A DNA stretch of 64,000 bases from Chitinophagales bacterium (GCA_044227505.1 JBGAWP010000004.1:17122-81121), one strand, 5' to 3'; counted from the first letter of the stretch, positions 40,754 to 50,884 are shown. Numbers and translations are program-made. The notes: generated by a model not told the origin, from the sequence alone.

Positions 40754-42130
40754 GTGAAAGTTCTACTAACCCACGGTTATTTTCTTAGTGAAGATCTGAA
40801 AGAACAACAGATCATGAAGCCTTATGTGCCATTGGGGATCTTATACATTTCCGGATATCTTGAAAAACATAATATAAATCACGAAGTTTTTGATTCTACC
40901 TTTTATAAACCGGAGGACCTCCAAGCCTATATCATCGAGTACAAACCACAATATATTGGTATTTATGTAAATCTGATGACCAAATTGCAGGTGTTAAAAA
41001 TTATTGCATTTATTAAGGCATCACCAGAATTAAAAGATATAAAAATTATTTTAGGTGGCCCGGAAGTTCGCAACCACGCCGATAAATTTTTAAACAATGG
41101 TGCCGACTTTTTAGTATTAGGTGAAGGAGAAGAAACCTTTTTGGAATTAATACAAACTCTGGATGCCGGCGATAAGAAAAAAATACAGGAAATAAACGGG
41201 ATTTGTTATTTGAATGAAAAAGGAAGCCTCGTTAAAAATAACGAAAGGAATAAAATAAAAGATATTGATGCTCTGCCTTTCCCAAACAGAAAAAAAGTTG
41301 ATTTGTTTAAATATCTGCATGTGTGGAAACAATATCACGGAAAAAATGCAATATCCATTTCCACCATGCGCGGTTGTCCTTATACTTGTAAATGGTGTAG
41401 TCGAGCAGTTTATGGTTTAAGTTACAGAAGGCGCAGCGCAGAAATTGTAGTTGCAGAAATTATAACCATACAAAAAGAATATTCGCCGGATACTTTGTGG
41501 TTTGTAGATGATGTATTTACGGTAAGCCATAAATGGATGCAGGAATTTGCAGCTGAAATTAAAAAACAAAATGTTTCAATGCAATACGAATGTATTACAC
41601 GTGCCGACAGATTAAATGAAGATGTTTTTCAATTATTAAAAGACAGCGGTTGTTTTCGTGTATGGATAGGCGCGGAAAGCGGGTCGCAAAATATAATTGA
41701 TGCAATGGACAGAAGGGTGGATGTAAATCAGGTTCGCGCGATGATACAATTGGCAAAAAAATATCAGATCGAGGCAGGTACTTTTATCATGTTGGGTTAT
41801 CCAGGAGAAACGGAAAGCGATATCATGGAAACCATTCATCATTTAAAAACTTCCGATCCCGATCATTTTACGATAACTGTTGCTTATCCAATTAAAGGCA
41901 CTGAATTATATCAGGAAGTAGAATCCGACTTTATAGACCAGATGCCTTGGGAAACATCAACCGACAGGGATATTGTTTTCAAAAGAACCTATAACGAAAA
42001 GTATTACGCCTATGCTGTACGCCATGTTGTAAATGAAGTTAATTATTTTAAGAAGCAAGCTCCGATGTTTAAATTAAAATCCATGGCGGCAAAAGCGGGT
42101 ATGTGGTATTACAGAACAATGAAGTCATGA
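40754..42130 (+). CDS. B12-binding domain-containing radical SAM protein (paralogue 1)
   Basis: GTG start. The N-terminal Rossmann-like cobalamin-binding region is typical of class B radical SAM enzymes. CxxxCxxC cluster motif present as CPYTCKWC. Confidence 0.85.
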   Translation: MKVLLTHGYFLSEDLKEQQIMKPYVPLGILYISGYLEKHNINHEVFDSTFYKPEDLQAYIIEYKPQYIGIYVNLMTKLQVLKIIAFIKASPELKDIKIILGGPEVRNHADKFLNNGADFLVLGEGEETFLELIQTLDAGDKKKIQEINGICYLNEKGSLVKNNERNKIKDIDALPFPNRKKVDLFKYLHVWKQYHGKNAISISTMRGCPYTCKWCSRAVYGLSYRRRSAEIVVAEIITIQKEYSPDTLWFVDDVFTVSHKWMQEFAAEIKKQNVSMQYECITRADRLNEDVFQLLKDSGCFRVWIGAESGSQNIIDAMDRRVDVNQVRAMIQLAKKYQIEAGTFIMLGYPGETESDIMETIHHLKTSDPDHFTITVAYPIKGTELYQEVESDFIDQMPWETSTDRDIVFKRTYNEKYYAYAVRHVVNEVNYFKKQAPMFKLKSMAAKAGMWYYRTMKS

Positions 42131-43176
42131 ATAAAAAAGTTCTGATCATAACCCCGGGTTTCCCAAAGGATGAACATGACAGCACCTGTGTACCTTATTT
42201 GCAGGATTATTTAATGGCATTGAGTAAAAGGATCGGAGTGGAAAATATTAAAGTAATAGCCACACAATATCCCTTTAAAAAAAATAATTATTTATGGAAT
42301 GGAATTGAAGTGATTCCGTCGGGTGGAGAGAATAAAAAATCGTTTCATTATTATTTTACACTGAAACGCACCATGAAAAATATTTCGCGTTTATTTAAAA
42401 AAGACAGTTATGTTGTGCATGCGTTTTGGTTGGGTGAAGCGGCATTTATCGGTAACCGCACGGTAAAAAAGTTTTTTACCCATATGATCGTCACCTTAAT
42501 GGGTCAAGATGTAAAACCCGGCAATCGTGTAATGCAGTACCTTCAGCGCAACACCACCTGGTTTGTTGCACTTAGTAAAAATCAGGCAATTACATTTAAT
42601 AAAAATTATAAAATAGAGGCTGATGATATTATTCCTTTTCCAGTTCCCGCGGTAGATGGGGCGACATTAAATAATGATCGCGAAATTGATCTGTTATTTG
42701 CAGGCTCATTAATTGATGTTAAACAACCATTTCAGTTTATTGCTATTGTTCAAAAATTAAAAAAGGACTTCCCGGAAATTAAGGCAGTAATGGCAGGTGG
42801 CGGAAATTTGTCGGAGAGAATAAGAAGGCAGATAGAAACAGAAAACCTCCAAACAAACATAAAAATTACCGGTGCTGTGGAACGGCCAAAGATGTTTGAA
42901 TTGATGTCGCGTTCTAAAATACTTGTACATACATCTTCCTTCGAGGGGCAATGCCTTGTATATGCTGAAGCTTTGGCACATGGCATGTATGTTTTAAGTT
43001 ATGATATCGGAAGAATCGAAACCACTGAAAAACATCAGGTATGTAGCTCAGAACAAGAGTTTTATGACAAAATTTATAAATTATTGACATCTGAACTTAA
43101 TTTTACCCCTCAGGTGTTTATAAACCCGGAAGAAACAGTAGATTCCTATTTGAAATTATACTATCCGAAAAAATAA
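42127..43176 (+). CDS. Glycosyltransferase family 4 (GT-B fold)
   Basis: The internal ATG overlaps the upstream TGA (ATGA). E-x7-E motif (EGQCLVYAEA) near the C-terminus. Confidence 0.78.
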   Translation: MNKKVLIITPGFPKDEHDSTCVPYLQDYLMALSKRIGVENIKVIATQYPFKKNNYLWNGIEVIPSGGENKKSFHYYFTLKRTMKNISRLFKKDSYVVHAFWLGEAAFIGNRTVKKFFTHMIVTLMGQDVKPGNRVMQYLQRNTTWFVALSKNQAITFNKNYKIEADDIIPFPVPAVDGATLNNDREIDLLFAGSLIDVKQPFQFIAIVQKLKKDFPEIKAVMAGGGNLSERIRRQIETENLQTNIKITGAVERPKMFELMSRSKILVHTSSFEGQCLVYAEALAHGMYVLSYDIGRIETTEKHQVCSSEQEFYDKIYKLLTSELNFTPQVFINPEETVDSYLKLYYPKK

Positions 43177-43177
43177 A

Positions 43178-44692
43178 GTGCAAAAAATAAAAGGCATCAT
43201 ATTATTTAATCCAAGAGCTACGAATCACAAAGCGAGAATTCCGAATTCGGTGTTATCGGTTGCCGCTTCTATTGAAGGTAAATATAATTATGTGATCGTG
43301 GATGGAAATTTAGAATCAGATCCTCTGCGGAAAATAGAAAATTATTTGAGCAGCGGAAATTATAATGTATTCGCAAGTTCTGTTATGCCGGGTCCGCAAT
43401 TAAAGCAGGCAATTCCTTTTTCTAAATTGATCCGCCATAAATATCCTGAGACCATAATTATCTGGGGTGGATATTTTGCAAGCAATCAATCGGGTGTAGT
43501 GATGGAATCCGGATTTGTTGATCATATTATTTATGGTCCCGGCGACCGTGCATTTCTAAATTTGTTGAATGCATTAAACATGGAATTGCCATTGGAGTTA
43601 ATTCCGAATCTCATTCATAAAAATGATCAAGGCAAAATAATTAAGAATCACAAAGATGAACTATATGAGCAGGATGAATTAGCTGCTTTGCCTTATGAAA
43701 AATTAAATTCATTTTATCCTATCCAAAGGTATTTGGGAAAAACCTGTTTAGGAGCAAAAACTATTGCATACCACAGCAGTATCGGTTGCCCTTTTAGTTG
43801 TGCTTTTTGTGGAATAGTTCCCATTTTTAATGCGAGATGGAAGGGCAAATCAGCGCAATTAATTTATAATGATATTAAATATCTGAAAGATAATTTTGGT
43901 GGAAATGCCATTGAGTTTCACGACAACAATTTTTTTGTCTCTGAAAAACGGACAGCAGAATTTTGTGAGCTCATTAAAAAGGAGAACATGGTATGGTGGG
44001 GAGAGGGAAGAATTGATACAGTGGATAAATACAGTGATGCCACCTTATCAGCAATGCGTGAAGCAGGATGTAAGATGATATTTTTTGGTGCTGAAACCGG
44101 CAATGATAAAATATTAAAAATGATGGACAAAGGCGGCACGCAAACAGGGGAACAAATTAAAAAATTCGCCGCCCGCATGAAAAAATTTGATATTATTCCG
44201 GAATATTCCTTTGTGCTTGGAACACCTGGGGCATCCGAAGAGGAAGTGAATGCACAAATAGATGAGGATATCCGTTTCATCAGAACAATAAAAGAAATAA
44301 ATCCTGATACAGAGATCATTATTTATGTGTATAGTCCGGTGCCAACGGAAGGCAGCGAATTATATGAAGCTGTTAAAATGAACGGATTTCATTTCCCCGA
44401 AAAATTGGAAGATTGGGTATTACCCGCTTGGGAAAATTTTGATCTGCGTAAAAATCCGCTTACTCCATGGCTCAAACCATACATGATCGATAAAATTAAA
44501 AATTTCGAAACCGTATTGAATGGATACTATCCTACAGTTAGTGATATCAAACTAAATTCTACAAAAAGAAATATTATTTCGCTTGTATCTGCGCTGCGTT
44601 ATAAAATGCGATTTTATCATTTTCCTTATGAAATAAAAGCACTGCAAAAATTTTGGTTGAAATACCGTCAACCCGAAACGGAAGGATTCTGA
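43178..44692 (+). CDS. B12-binding domain-containing radical SAM protein (paralogue 2)
   Basis: GTG start 1 nt after the upstream stop. CPFSCAFC cluster motif and an N-terminal B12-binding-like domain. Confidence 0.85.
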   Translation: MQKIKGIILFNPRATNHKARIPNSVLSVAASIEGKYNYVIVDGNLESDPLRKIENYLSSGNYNVFASSVMPGPQLKQAIPFSKLIRHKYPETIIIWGGYFASNQSGVVMESGFVDHIIYGPGDRAFLNLLNALNMELPLELIPNLIHKNDQGKIIKNHKDELYEQDELAALPYEKLNSFYPIQRYLGKTCLGAKTIAYHSSIGCPFSCAFCGIVPIFNARWKGKSAQLIYNDIKYLKDNFGGNAIEFHDNNFFVSEKRTAEFCELIKKENMVWWGEGRIDTVDKYSDATLSAMREAGCKMIFFGAETGNDKILKMMDKGGTQTGEQIKKFAARMKKFDIIPEYSFVLGTPGASEEEVNAQIDEDIRFIRTIKEINPDTEIIIYVYSPVPTEGSELYEAVKMNGFHFPEKLEDWVLPAWENFDLRKNPLTPWLKPYMIDKIKNFETVLNGYYPTVSDIKLNSTKRNIISLVSALRYKMRFYHFPYEIKALQKFWLKYRQPETEGF

Positions 44693-44693
44693 A

Positions 44694-45353
44694 ATGCGCA
44701 TCATAAAAAAAATCGCACAATTATTTATTCAACCGGTGATAAGAAAAAGAATTCACCGCACCTCTATTTATAATTGGAAGGATATTACTTTACATCTTCC
44801 ACCGGGCATTTTTCATCCTGCCTATTTTTTCAGTACAAAATTTTTACTGCAGTATTTGTTAAAAATTGAAGTTACCGGAAAAACTTTTTTGGAACTCGGA
44901 GCCGGAAACGGGTTGATAAGTATGGCTATTGCAAAACGTGGCGCGTTGGTCACTTCAACTGATATAAGCACTAAGGTGATCGAACATCTTAAAGAAAATT
45001 CACGAGCGAATAATGTTGATCTTACAATAATTCAAAGTGATCTTTTTGATCAGGTGCCAGAGCAACTGTTCTCCATCATTGCAATTAATCCTCCATACTA
45101 TCCTAAAACACCGAGAAACGAATTTGAGCAAGCCTGGTATTGCGGTGAAAATTTCGAATACTTTGAGAAACTATTTCGTGAGCTCCCCAATTACCATGGC
45201 GACAAATCGCAGGTGTTAATGGTCTTATCAGAAGAATGCGATTTGAAACATATCAGGTCCATTGCCGCAAAAAATGGTTATGACTTAAATCTGAGAGAAA
45301 AAAAGCGCATATATTGGGAAATGAATTATATTTTTGAGATCAGAAGGGCATGA
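44694..45353 (+). CDS. NPPY-motif (HemK/PrmC/RsmC-like, amino-group directed) SAM-dependent methyltransferase
   Basis: Motif I LELGAGNGLIS and motif IV IAINPPYYP. Confidence 0.72.
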   Translation: MRIIKKIAQLFIQPVIRKRIHRTSIYNWKDITLHLPPGIFHPAYFFSTKFLLQYLLKIEVTGKTFLELGAGNGLISMAIAKRGALVTSTDISTKVIEHLKENSRANNVDLTIIQSDLFDQVPEQLFSIIAINPPYYPKTPRNEFEQAWYCGENFEYFEKLFRELPNYHGDKSQVLMVLSEECDLKHIRSIAAKNGYDLNLREKKRIYWEMNYIFEIRRA

Positions 45354-46306
45354 ATAACAATTTATACATAGAACACAGTAATATTCCATCGCAGGAGACC
45401 GTAAAAAATAGTGTTTTGCGCTCACTCATTTATTTTGATATTTTTAATTATCCACTTACAGCAAATGAGTTAGTTCAGTTTAGTTCTGTTAAATTGCATG
45501 ATATACAGAGTATTACTCAGGCATTGGATGATCTCACACAACATCTCCTCATTTTTAAATTTGGAGATTATTACTCCCTTAAAAACGACCCTTCACAAAT
45601 TGAACGCAGAAAGAACGGCAATAATACTGCGGCAGAAATTTTACCAAAAGCACTGAAGCGTTCTAAATTTATTTATAAATTTCCCTTTGTAAGAAGCGTG
45701 AATATTTCGGGATCCTTGTCTAAAAATTATTTTGACGAAAGCACCGATTTCGATTTTTTCATTATAGCAGAAGCAAATCGTATTTGGTTGTGTAGATTGT
45801 TGTTGACCTTTTACAAAAAAATATTCCTGTTCAACTCCCGCAAATATTTCTGCATCAATTATTATATCGACACCACCGATCTGCTGATACCGGATAAGAA
45901 TTTATTTTCAGCGACCGAGATCATCACATTAAAAAATCAGACTGGAGAAGCTGTGTATAAAGATTTTATGGAAACCAATACCTGGGTGCAGGAATATTTT
46001 CCAAATTATTTTCCTGACTATTTATTTATGGAGGAAAAGAAAATGCCTGGGCTGAAGAAATTTTTAGAAAGTTTATTTTCTGGCAAGATTGGCAATTATT
46101 TTGATGACCTTTCATTTAAAATTACTACCGGATTTTTGAAAAGGAAGTACAGACATTTAAAAAAGGAAGAATTCAATGTGAATTTGCGCACGAAAAAAAA
46201 TGCATCCAAACATCATCCTCAGGGATTTCAGTTTAAGGTTTTGAATGCTTTTGAAGAGAAATGCCGAGATTTTGACGGAAAACATCATGTTGGAATAGGG
46301 ACTTAG
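45350..46306 (+). CDS. Hypothetical protein with a minimal Pol-beta-type nucleotidyltransferase motif
   Basis: The segment ISGSLSKNYFDESTDFDFFII fits hG[GS]-x(9-13)-DhDh. ATGA overlap with the upstream gene. The stop codon is provided by the TAGGAAR heptamer tract. Confidence 0.5.
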   Translation: MNNNLYIEHSNIPSQETVKNSVLRSLIYFDIFNYPLTANELVQFSSVKLHDIQSITQALDDLTQHLLIFKFGDYYSLKNDPSQIERRKNGNNTAAEILPKALKRSKFIYKFPFVRSVNISGSLSKNYFDESTDFDFFIIAEANRIWLCRLLLTFYKKIFLFNSRKYFCINYYIDTTDLLIPDKNLFSATEIITLKNQTGEAVYKDFMETNTWVQEYFPNYFPDYLFMEEKKMPGLKKFLESLFSGKIGNYFDDLSFKITTGFLKRKYRHLKKEEFNVNLRTKKNASKHHPQGFQFKVLNAFEEKCRDFDGKHHVGIGT

Positions 46307-46338
46307 GAAATAGGAAGTAGGAAATAGGAAGTAGGAAT
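46292..46338 (+). repeat. Heptamer tract (GGAATAG GGACTTAG GAAATAG GAAGTAG GAAATAG GAAGTAG GAATAC)
   Basis: The 7-nt period is read directly. Its words (ATAGGAA) are the reverse complement of the TTCCTAT words in the 28648..28757 tract. Confidence 0.9.
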
Positions 46339-46364
46339 ACAAATTGTGGATTAAAAAAAGGGAA

Positions 46365-46386
46365 CCTGCCTGACGCGGTCAGCAGG
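46365..46386 (+). other. GC-rich hairpin (CCTGc-CTGAC-GCG-GTCAG-CAGG) in the spacer between the operon and the third radical SAM gene
   Basis: 9 bp with one bulge and no following T-run. It lies within an unusually GC-rich ~60-nt patch (GACGCGGAT GACGCTGAT words). Confidence 0.5.
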
Positions 46387-46526
46387 CAGACGCGGATGAC
46401 GCTGATTGGGCGGAAAAAAAAGGATAAAAATGATGCGGGAATCGGGACACTGGATACATAACTTAGGACATAAGATCTATGGCTTAGAAAAGATTGAGGA
46501 TATAAATTTTCGTAGAAAATTTATCA

Positions 46527-46569
46527 CTCACGATTCACGCCTCACGATTCACGAATGACGATTGACGAC
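46527..46569 (+). repeat. Heptamer tract (TCACGAT TCACGCC TCACGAT TCACGAA TGACGAT TGACGAC) abutting the start codon of radical SAM paralogue 3
   Basis: The 7-nt period is read directly. It ends 1 nt before the ATG at 46571. Confidence 0.9.
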
Positions 46570-46570
46570 A

Positions 46571-48025
46571 ATGGCAGATATATTATTAACGAATACTTAT
46601 TTCATGCGGTTTGATCCGAAGAGGTTCAAGCAGATGCAACCGTATCCGCCGTTGGCTACCTTGTATGCCGCTTCCGTTATACGTAAAAATGGATATAATG
46701 TTTCATTTTTTGATACAGTTTTTGCAAGATCAGCTTCGGATATTTTTCCTTTAATTGAAGAACACGCATCCAAACCTTTTATTATTTATGATGATGGATT
46801 TAATTACCTCACCAAAATGTGTCTGGTAAATATGCGTGATGCTTGTTTTGAAATGATAAAACAGGCTAAAAAAAATAATTGCACCGTTATCATTTCCAGT
46901 TCAGATGCAACTGATCATTGGAAACAATATTTAGATATAGGAGCGGATTATATTTTAATTGGCGAGGCAGAACAAACACTTATTGAGTTATTAAAATCCC
47001 TGGAAAATAATACAGATAAGAATTCCATAAACGGATTAGCATTTATTCAAAACGGGGATTACATCAAAACAAATAAAAGAGAAGTGATGCATGATCTTGA
47101 TGCGTTAGCTTTTCCGGCTTGGGATCTTGTTGATATGGATCTTTACAAAAAGAACTGGATCAATAAGAATGGGTATTTTTCATTAAATCTCACCACTACC
47201 CGCGGATGTCCCTTTAAGTGTAACTGGTGCGCAAAACCTATTTACGGCAACAGATATAATTCGCGTTCTCCGGAAAATGTTGTCGAGGAAATTAAATTAT
47301 TGGTATCGAAATATCAATCCACACACTTCTGGTTTTGTGATGATATTTTCGGTTTAAAACCGGGTTGGATAAAAACATTTTCAGAATTAATTCAGAAAGA
47401 AAAACTTACAATAAAATTTAAGATACAATGTCGTGCAGATCTTTTGTTGGATGAAAATAATATCGAACATCTTGCAAAAGCCGGTTGTGATGAAATTTGG
47501 GTGGGTGCTGAAAGTGGTTCTCAAAAAATATTGGATGCAATGGATAAGGGAACTACCATAGAACAAATTCACACTGCAACACGATTAATGAAAAAACATA
47601 AAATCAAACCTTGTTTCTTTTTGCAATTCGGATATTTGGGTGAGACGAAAGAGGATATTAATGCAACACTAAACATGTTATTCGAATTAATGCCTTACGA
47701 TATCGGCATCTCTGTTTCCTATCCCTTGCCCGGAACAAAATTTTTCGATATCGTGCAACACGACCTTAAAGAAAAACAAAACTGGAACGACAGCGATGAA
47801 CTTGCATTGATGTTTACTTCTACTTATTCCGGAAAATATTATAAGCAGTTACATCGCTATGTTCATAAACGATTCAGAAAGGTGCAAGGATTTGAGGGAA
47901 TTAAAAAAGTATTTACGCATCCAACACAAGTTTCATCTTCAGAATTAAAAAGCATCATTGCGTTGCCTTATTTTATTCCGATGAGTTATTGGAATAAATT
48001 TAAATTGCGTTTTTCAGAAAATTGA
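46571..48025 (+). CDS. B12-binding domain-containing radical SAM protein (paralogue 3)
   Basis: CPFKCNWC cluster motif. Same architecture and visible similarity to 40754..42130 (for example PYPPLATLY vs PYVPLGILY, and WVGAESGSQKILDAMDKG vs WIGAESGSQNIIDAMDRR). Confidence 0.85.
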   Translation: MADILLTNTYFMRFDPKRFKQMQPYPPLATLYAASVIRKNGYNVSFFDTVFARSASDIFPLIEEHASKPFIIYDDGFNYLTKMCLVNMRDACFEMIKQAKKNNCTVIISSSDATDHWKQYLDIGADYILIGEAEQTLIELLKSLENNTDKNSINGLAFIQNGDYIKTNKREVMHDLDALAFPAWDLVDMDLYKKNWINKNGYFSLNLTTTRGCPFKCNWCAKPIYGNRYNSRSPENVVEEIKLLVSKYQSTHFWFCDDIFGLKPGWIKTFSELIQKEKLTIKFKIQCRADLLLDENNIEHLAKAGCDEIWVGAESGSQKILDAMDKGTTIEQIHTATRLMKKHKIKPCFFLQFGYLGETKEDINATLNMLFELMPYDIGISVSYPLPGTKFFDIVQHDLKEKQNWNDSDELALMFTSTYSGKYYKQLHRYVHKRFRKVQGFEGIKKVFTHPTQVSSSELKSIIALPYFIPMSYWNKFKLRFSEN

Positions 48026-48037
48026 ATTGGAAAGTGG

Positions 48038-50884
48038 TTAACGAATCAAAGTTACATTCCCCATCTGCGACTGTTTTTGTCCGGTCTCAAATTGTACTTC
48101 AACTACGTAAGCATATACTCCGTTATTAAGTGATTTGCCATTAATAGTTCCATCCCAGCCATTGCTCAGATCGTAAGGGGAAACATTTTCCCTGATAAAA
48201 ACAACTTCACCCCAACGATCGAAAACAGAAATTTTTGTTACCAACGTTAAGTTATATCCGAACACAAAAAACACATCATTATTTCCATCACTATTTGGAG
48301 TGAATGTATTTGGAATATACAAAATATTTCCCGGATCTGGTAACACTGTTACAAATGCATTATCCGTTGCAATACATCCGTTCTCGTCAACAGAGGTCAT
48401 AATGTAATCAGTGGTATACGGTGGAAGAATTGTTGTGATAGGACAAGTGATACAATCTACTCCATCAGAAGGGCTCCATGTATAATCTCCACCGGCATCG
48501 CTGAATAAAATAATATCTTCGCCATAATAAACAGTGGTATCTCCCCATGCAGTTGCATAATTATCGTCGACAGAAGTTTCTACACTAATAGTATTAAAAC
48601 ATCCATTCACATCGGTATAATCGTAGGTTAAAGTATATGGTCCGCCCACACCTGCAAGAGATGTTACAAATTGATCTCCTGCTGTTCCTGTGCCGCTGTA
48701 AATACCTCCGGCAGGATCAGCGGTGAGTGTAATAAATCCTTCTTCCATACAGAAAATATCATCAATTACCCAGGTTAAAACAGGAAGCGGGTGAACTGTA
48801 AGATTTACTGTTACAAATGAATCGCAACCGAATACGCTGCTGTAAGAATAATTAAATGTTCCACTTGTTGAAGCAATTGCACCATCAGGTAAAGTATATG
48901 TTTCACCGATACATATTTCAGGATTTAATATCGTATTAAATGTAGGATGAACCGTAAGATTTGTAGTAATTATGGAATCACAATCTTTTGTTGTCAACAA
49001 ATTAGAAATATAAATTCCACTCGTATTTACAACTAAACCATCGGGTAAAGTATAATTTGCATCATCACAGATTTCTGCTGTAACAGAAATATCAAAAACA
49101 GGATGCACTAAAACAGTAGTGCTGATTGTGGAATCGCAGCCCGCTCCTGTAATTAAGGTAACATCGTAAATACCTGAAGTTCCAACTGCAACACCATCCG
49201 GCAAAATATAAGTTTCACCATCGCATAAATGAATGGTAGTTGTAATTATTGGAGTTGGGTTTACAGATAAATTAATTGTGTAATTAGAATCGCAACCTGC
49301 TGTGGTTACAAATGCATTAAAATAGGTACCCGCAGCACTTACAACAGTTCCATCAGGTAAAATATAGGAAGATCCTGTACAAATAGATGGATCAAGTGTA
49401 AAATCATAAATAGGATCAAGGGTTAAAATGGTGGTAATGGTAGAATCGCAACCATGCACGGAAGTGAGAATATTAGTGTAAGCTCCTGCTGCATACACAG
49501 CTGTTCCCGTTGGTAAAATATATGCATCACCATCACAAACAGATGCATTTACAATGGATGTATAGGTTGGATAAATATTGATCACATAGGTTGATGAAGC
49601 ATCGGGACAGGCGGTACCGCTAATTACAAAATTCGTTATCGTATAGGTTCCCGGAGTTGATGCACTTAGATCAATTGTTCCGGTTGTAGCATCAATCACT
49701 ATTCCTGCAGGTGAAGCCGAAAATGTTCCAAACGTTGCTCCTGCTGCTGCAATCGGGGATGGGTCACTATCGTTTATACAATAAGAAGTTGACGCATAAC
49801 TAAAATTTGGAACGGGTGGATCAGAAATATTAACGGTAATTGTATAGATAGCAGTGTCACCGTAACAAATACCGGTTAAAAGCGTATTTGTAAATTCATA
49901 GGTTCCGGGAACAGATGCATCAAGGTCTATAACTCCTGTAAAAGCATCAAATACCAATCCTGCAGGTGTGGCGGTAAATACACCGGGATCTGCGCCGGGA
50001 GCATAAATAGGAACCGGGTCAGGATCAGTTGAACAAAAATCAGCATATAAACCGAGTGGGAAACCCGGAAAAGTAAAATCTGCTATATAATTGGTGATAA
50101 GACTTTTTGCTTTGATAAAAACACCCGAATCCCAAACAAAATCTGACTCATCGCCTATTGACAATTTCAGGTGGTACCATTCGCATGGGGTCACTACCGC
50201 TTGTGCCGATAAAACGGTTGTAAATCCGTCGTACTCAATATAATACGGATCGGTTCCCCATACACCAACTCCCCCTGTGCCGTTCGGAACATAATACATT
50301 GGGTAACTTCCGGCATTTACGTTGTCGATCGTAACCGGTAGTGTTGTTCCGGGTATCAATGCAATATTTGTTGCAACAGGATATCCGGGTCCACTTATCC
50401 AAAAAACGAAAGCATCATTGATGGAACCAACATATTCGGGATATTCATCTGATCCAAAAACATAATCAAAACCTAAACTATCACCGGGAGAATACACGTC
50501 AAATTCTAGAATACATGCATCATGGGTTGTTCCAACTCCTGGGTAAGCATCCAGATCCGGATCTCCGGGCCAACCATTATTTGTTCCGGTACTTCCGCTG
50601 TTATTTGGGCCTGTGATATTCGTTACGCGGCCGGTGGTAAGAATAATTCCACTATCAATTCCAACGTTACAATCCACACATTCAAATTTTCCAAAAGCGA
50701 GGTTATAACAGTTAACAACAGCGTTGTCAATAATAACGCCATCCCCGGCCAAATATGTAGCTATTTCGTCAGCAGTATAACCTGTTGAGGAAGTAATTTG
50801 ACCGAATACATTTGCCGTGGACAAGGAGACCACCAACAAAAGAGTTAATATGTGTTGTATTAATGGACGAAAACTGACCTGCAT
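48038..50884 (-). CDS. Choice-of-anchor-L-like N-terminal domain protein with ~70-aa Cys-repeat modules and a T9SS type-B (gliding motility-associated) C-terminal domain
   Basis: Signal peptide. N-terminal FDYVFGSDEYPEYVGS.NDAF.FWISG. At least six repeats of C.G..Y.LPDG......G.Y.......GCDS..T..L.V.P. The C-terminus is FTPNSDGNNDVFFV...VFDRWGEVVF. Confidence 0.85.
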   Translation of the reverse strand: MQVSFRPLIQHILTLLLVVSLSTANVFGQITSSTGYTADEIATYLAGDGVIIDNAVVNCYNLAFGKFECVDCNVGIDSGIILTTGRVTNITGPNNSGSTGTNNGWPGDPDLDAYPGVGTTHDACILEFDVYSPGDSLGFDYVFGSDEYPEYVGSINDAFVFWISGPGYPVATNIALIPGTTLPVTIDNVNAGSYPMYYVPNGTGGVGVWGTDPYYIEYDGFTTVLSAQAVVTPCEWYHLKLSIGDESDFVWDSGVFIKAKSLITNYIADFTFPGFPLGLYADFCSTDPDPVPIYAPGADPGVFTATPAGLVFDAFTGVIDLDASVPGTYEFTNTLLTGICYGDTAIYTITVNISDPPVPNFSYASTSYCINDSDPSPIAAAGATFGTFSASPAGIVIDATTGTIDLSASTPGTYTITNFVISGTACPDASSTYVINIYPTYTSIVNASVCDGDAYILPTGTAVYAAGAYTNILTSVHGCDSTITTILTLDPIYDFTLDPSICTGSSYILPDGTVVSAAGTYFNAFVTTAGCDSNYTINLSVNPTPIITTTIHLCDGETYILPDGVAVGTSGIYDVTLITGAGCDSTISTTVLVHPVFDISVTAEICDDANYTLPDGLVVNTSGIYISNLLTTKDCDSIITTNLTVHPTFNTILNPEICIGETYTLPDGAIASTSGTFNYSYSSVFGCDSFVTVNLTVHPLPVLTWVIDDIFCMEEGFITLTADPAGGIYSGTGTAGDQFVTSLAGVGGPYTLTYDYTDVNGCFNTISVETSVDDNYATAWGDTTVYYGEDIILFSDAGGDYTWSPSDGVDCITCPITTILPPYTTDYIMTSVDENGCIATDNAFVTVLPDPGNILYIPNTFTPNSDGNNDVFFVFGYNLTLVTKISVFDRWGEVVFIRENVSPYDLSNGWDGTINGKSLNNGVYAYVVEVQFETGQKQSQMGNVTLIR

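Noticed and set aside
46307-46570. A possible cobalamin riboswitch upstream of a B12-dependent radical SAM gene
   Set aside because: I could not find a B12-box-like conserved core or the expected multi-stem architecture. The region is explained by heptamer tracts plus one short GC hairpin.
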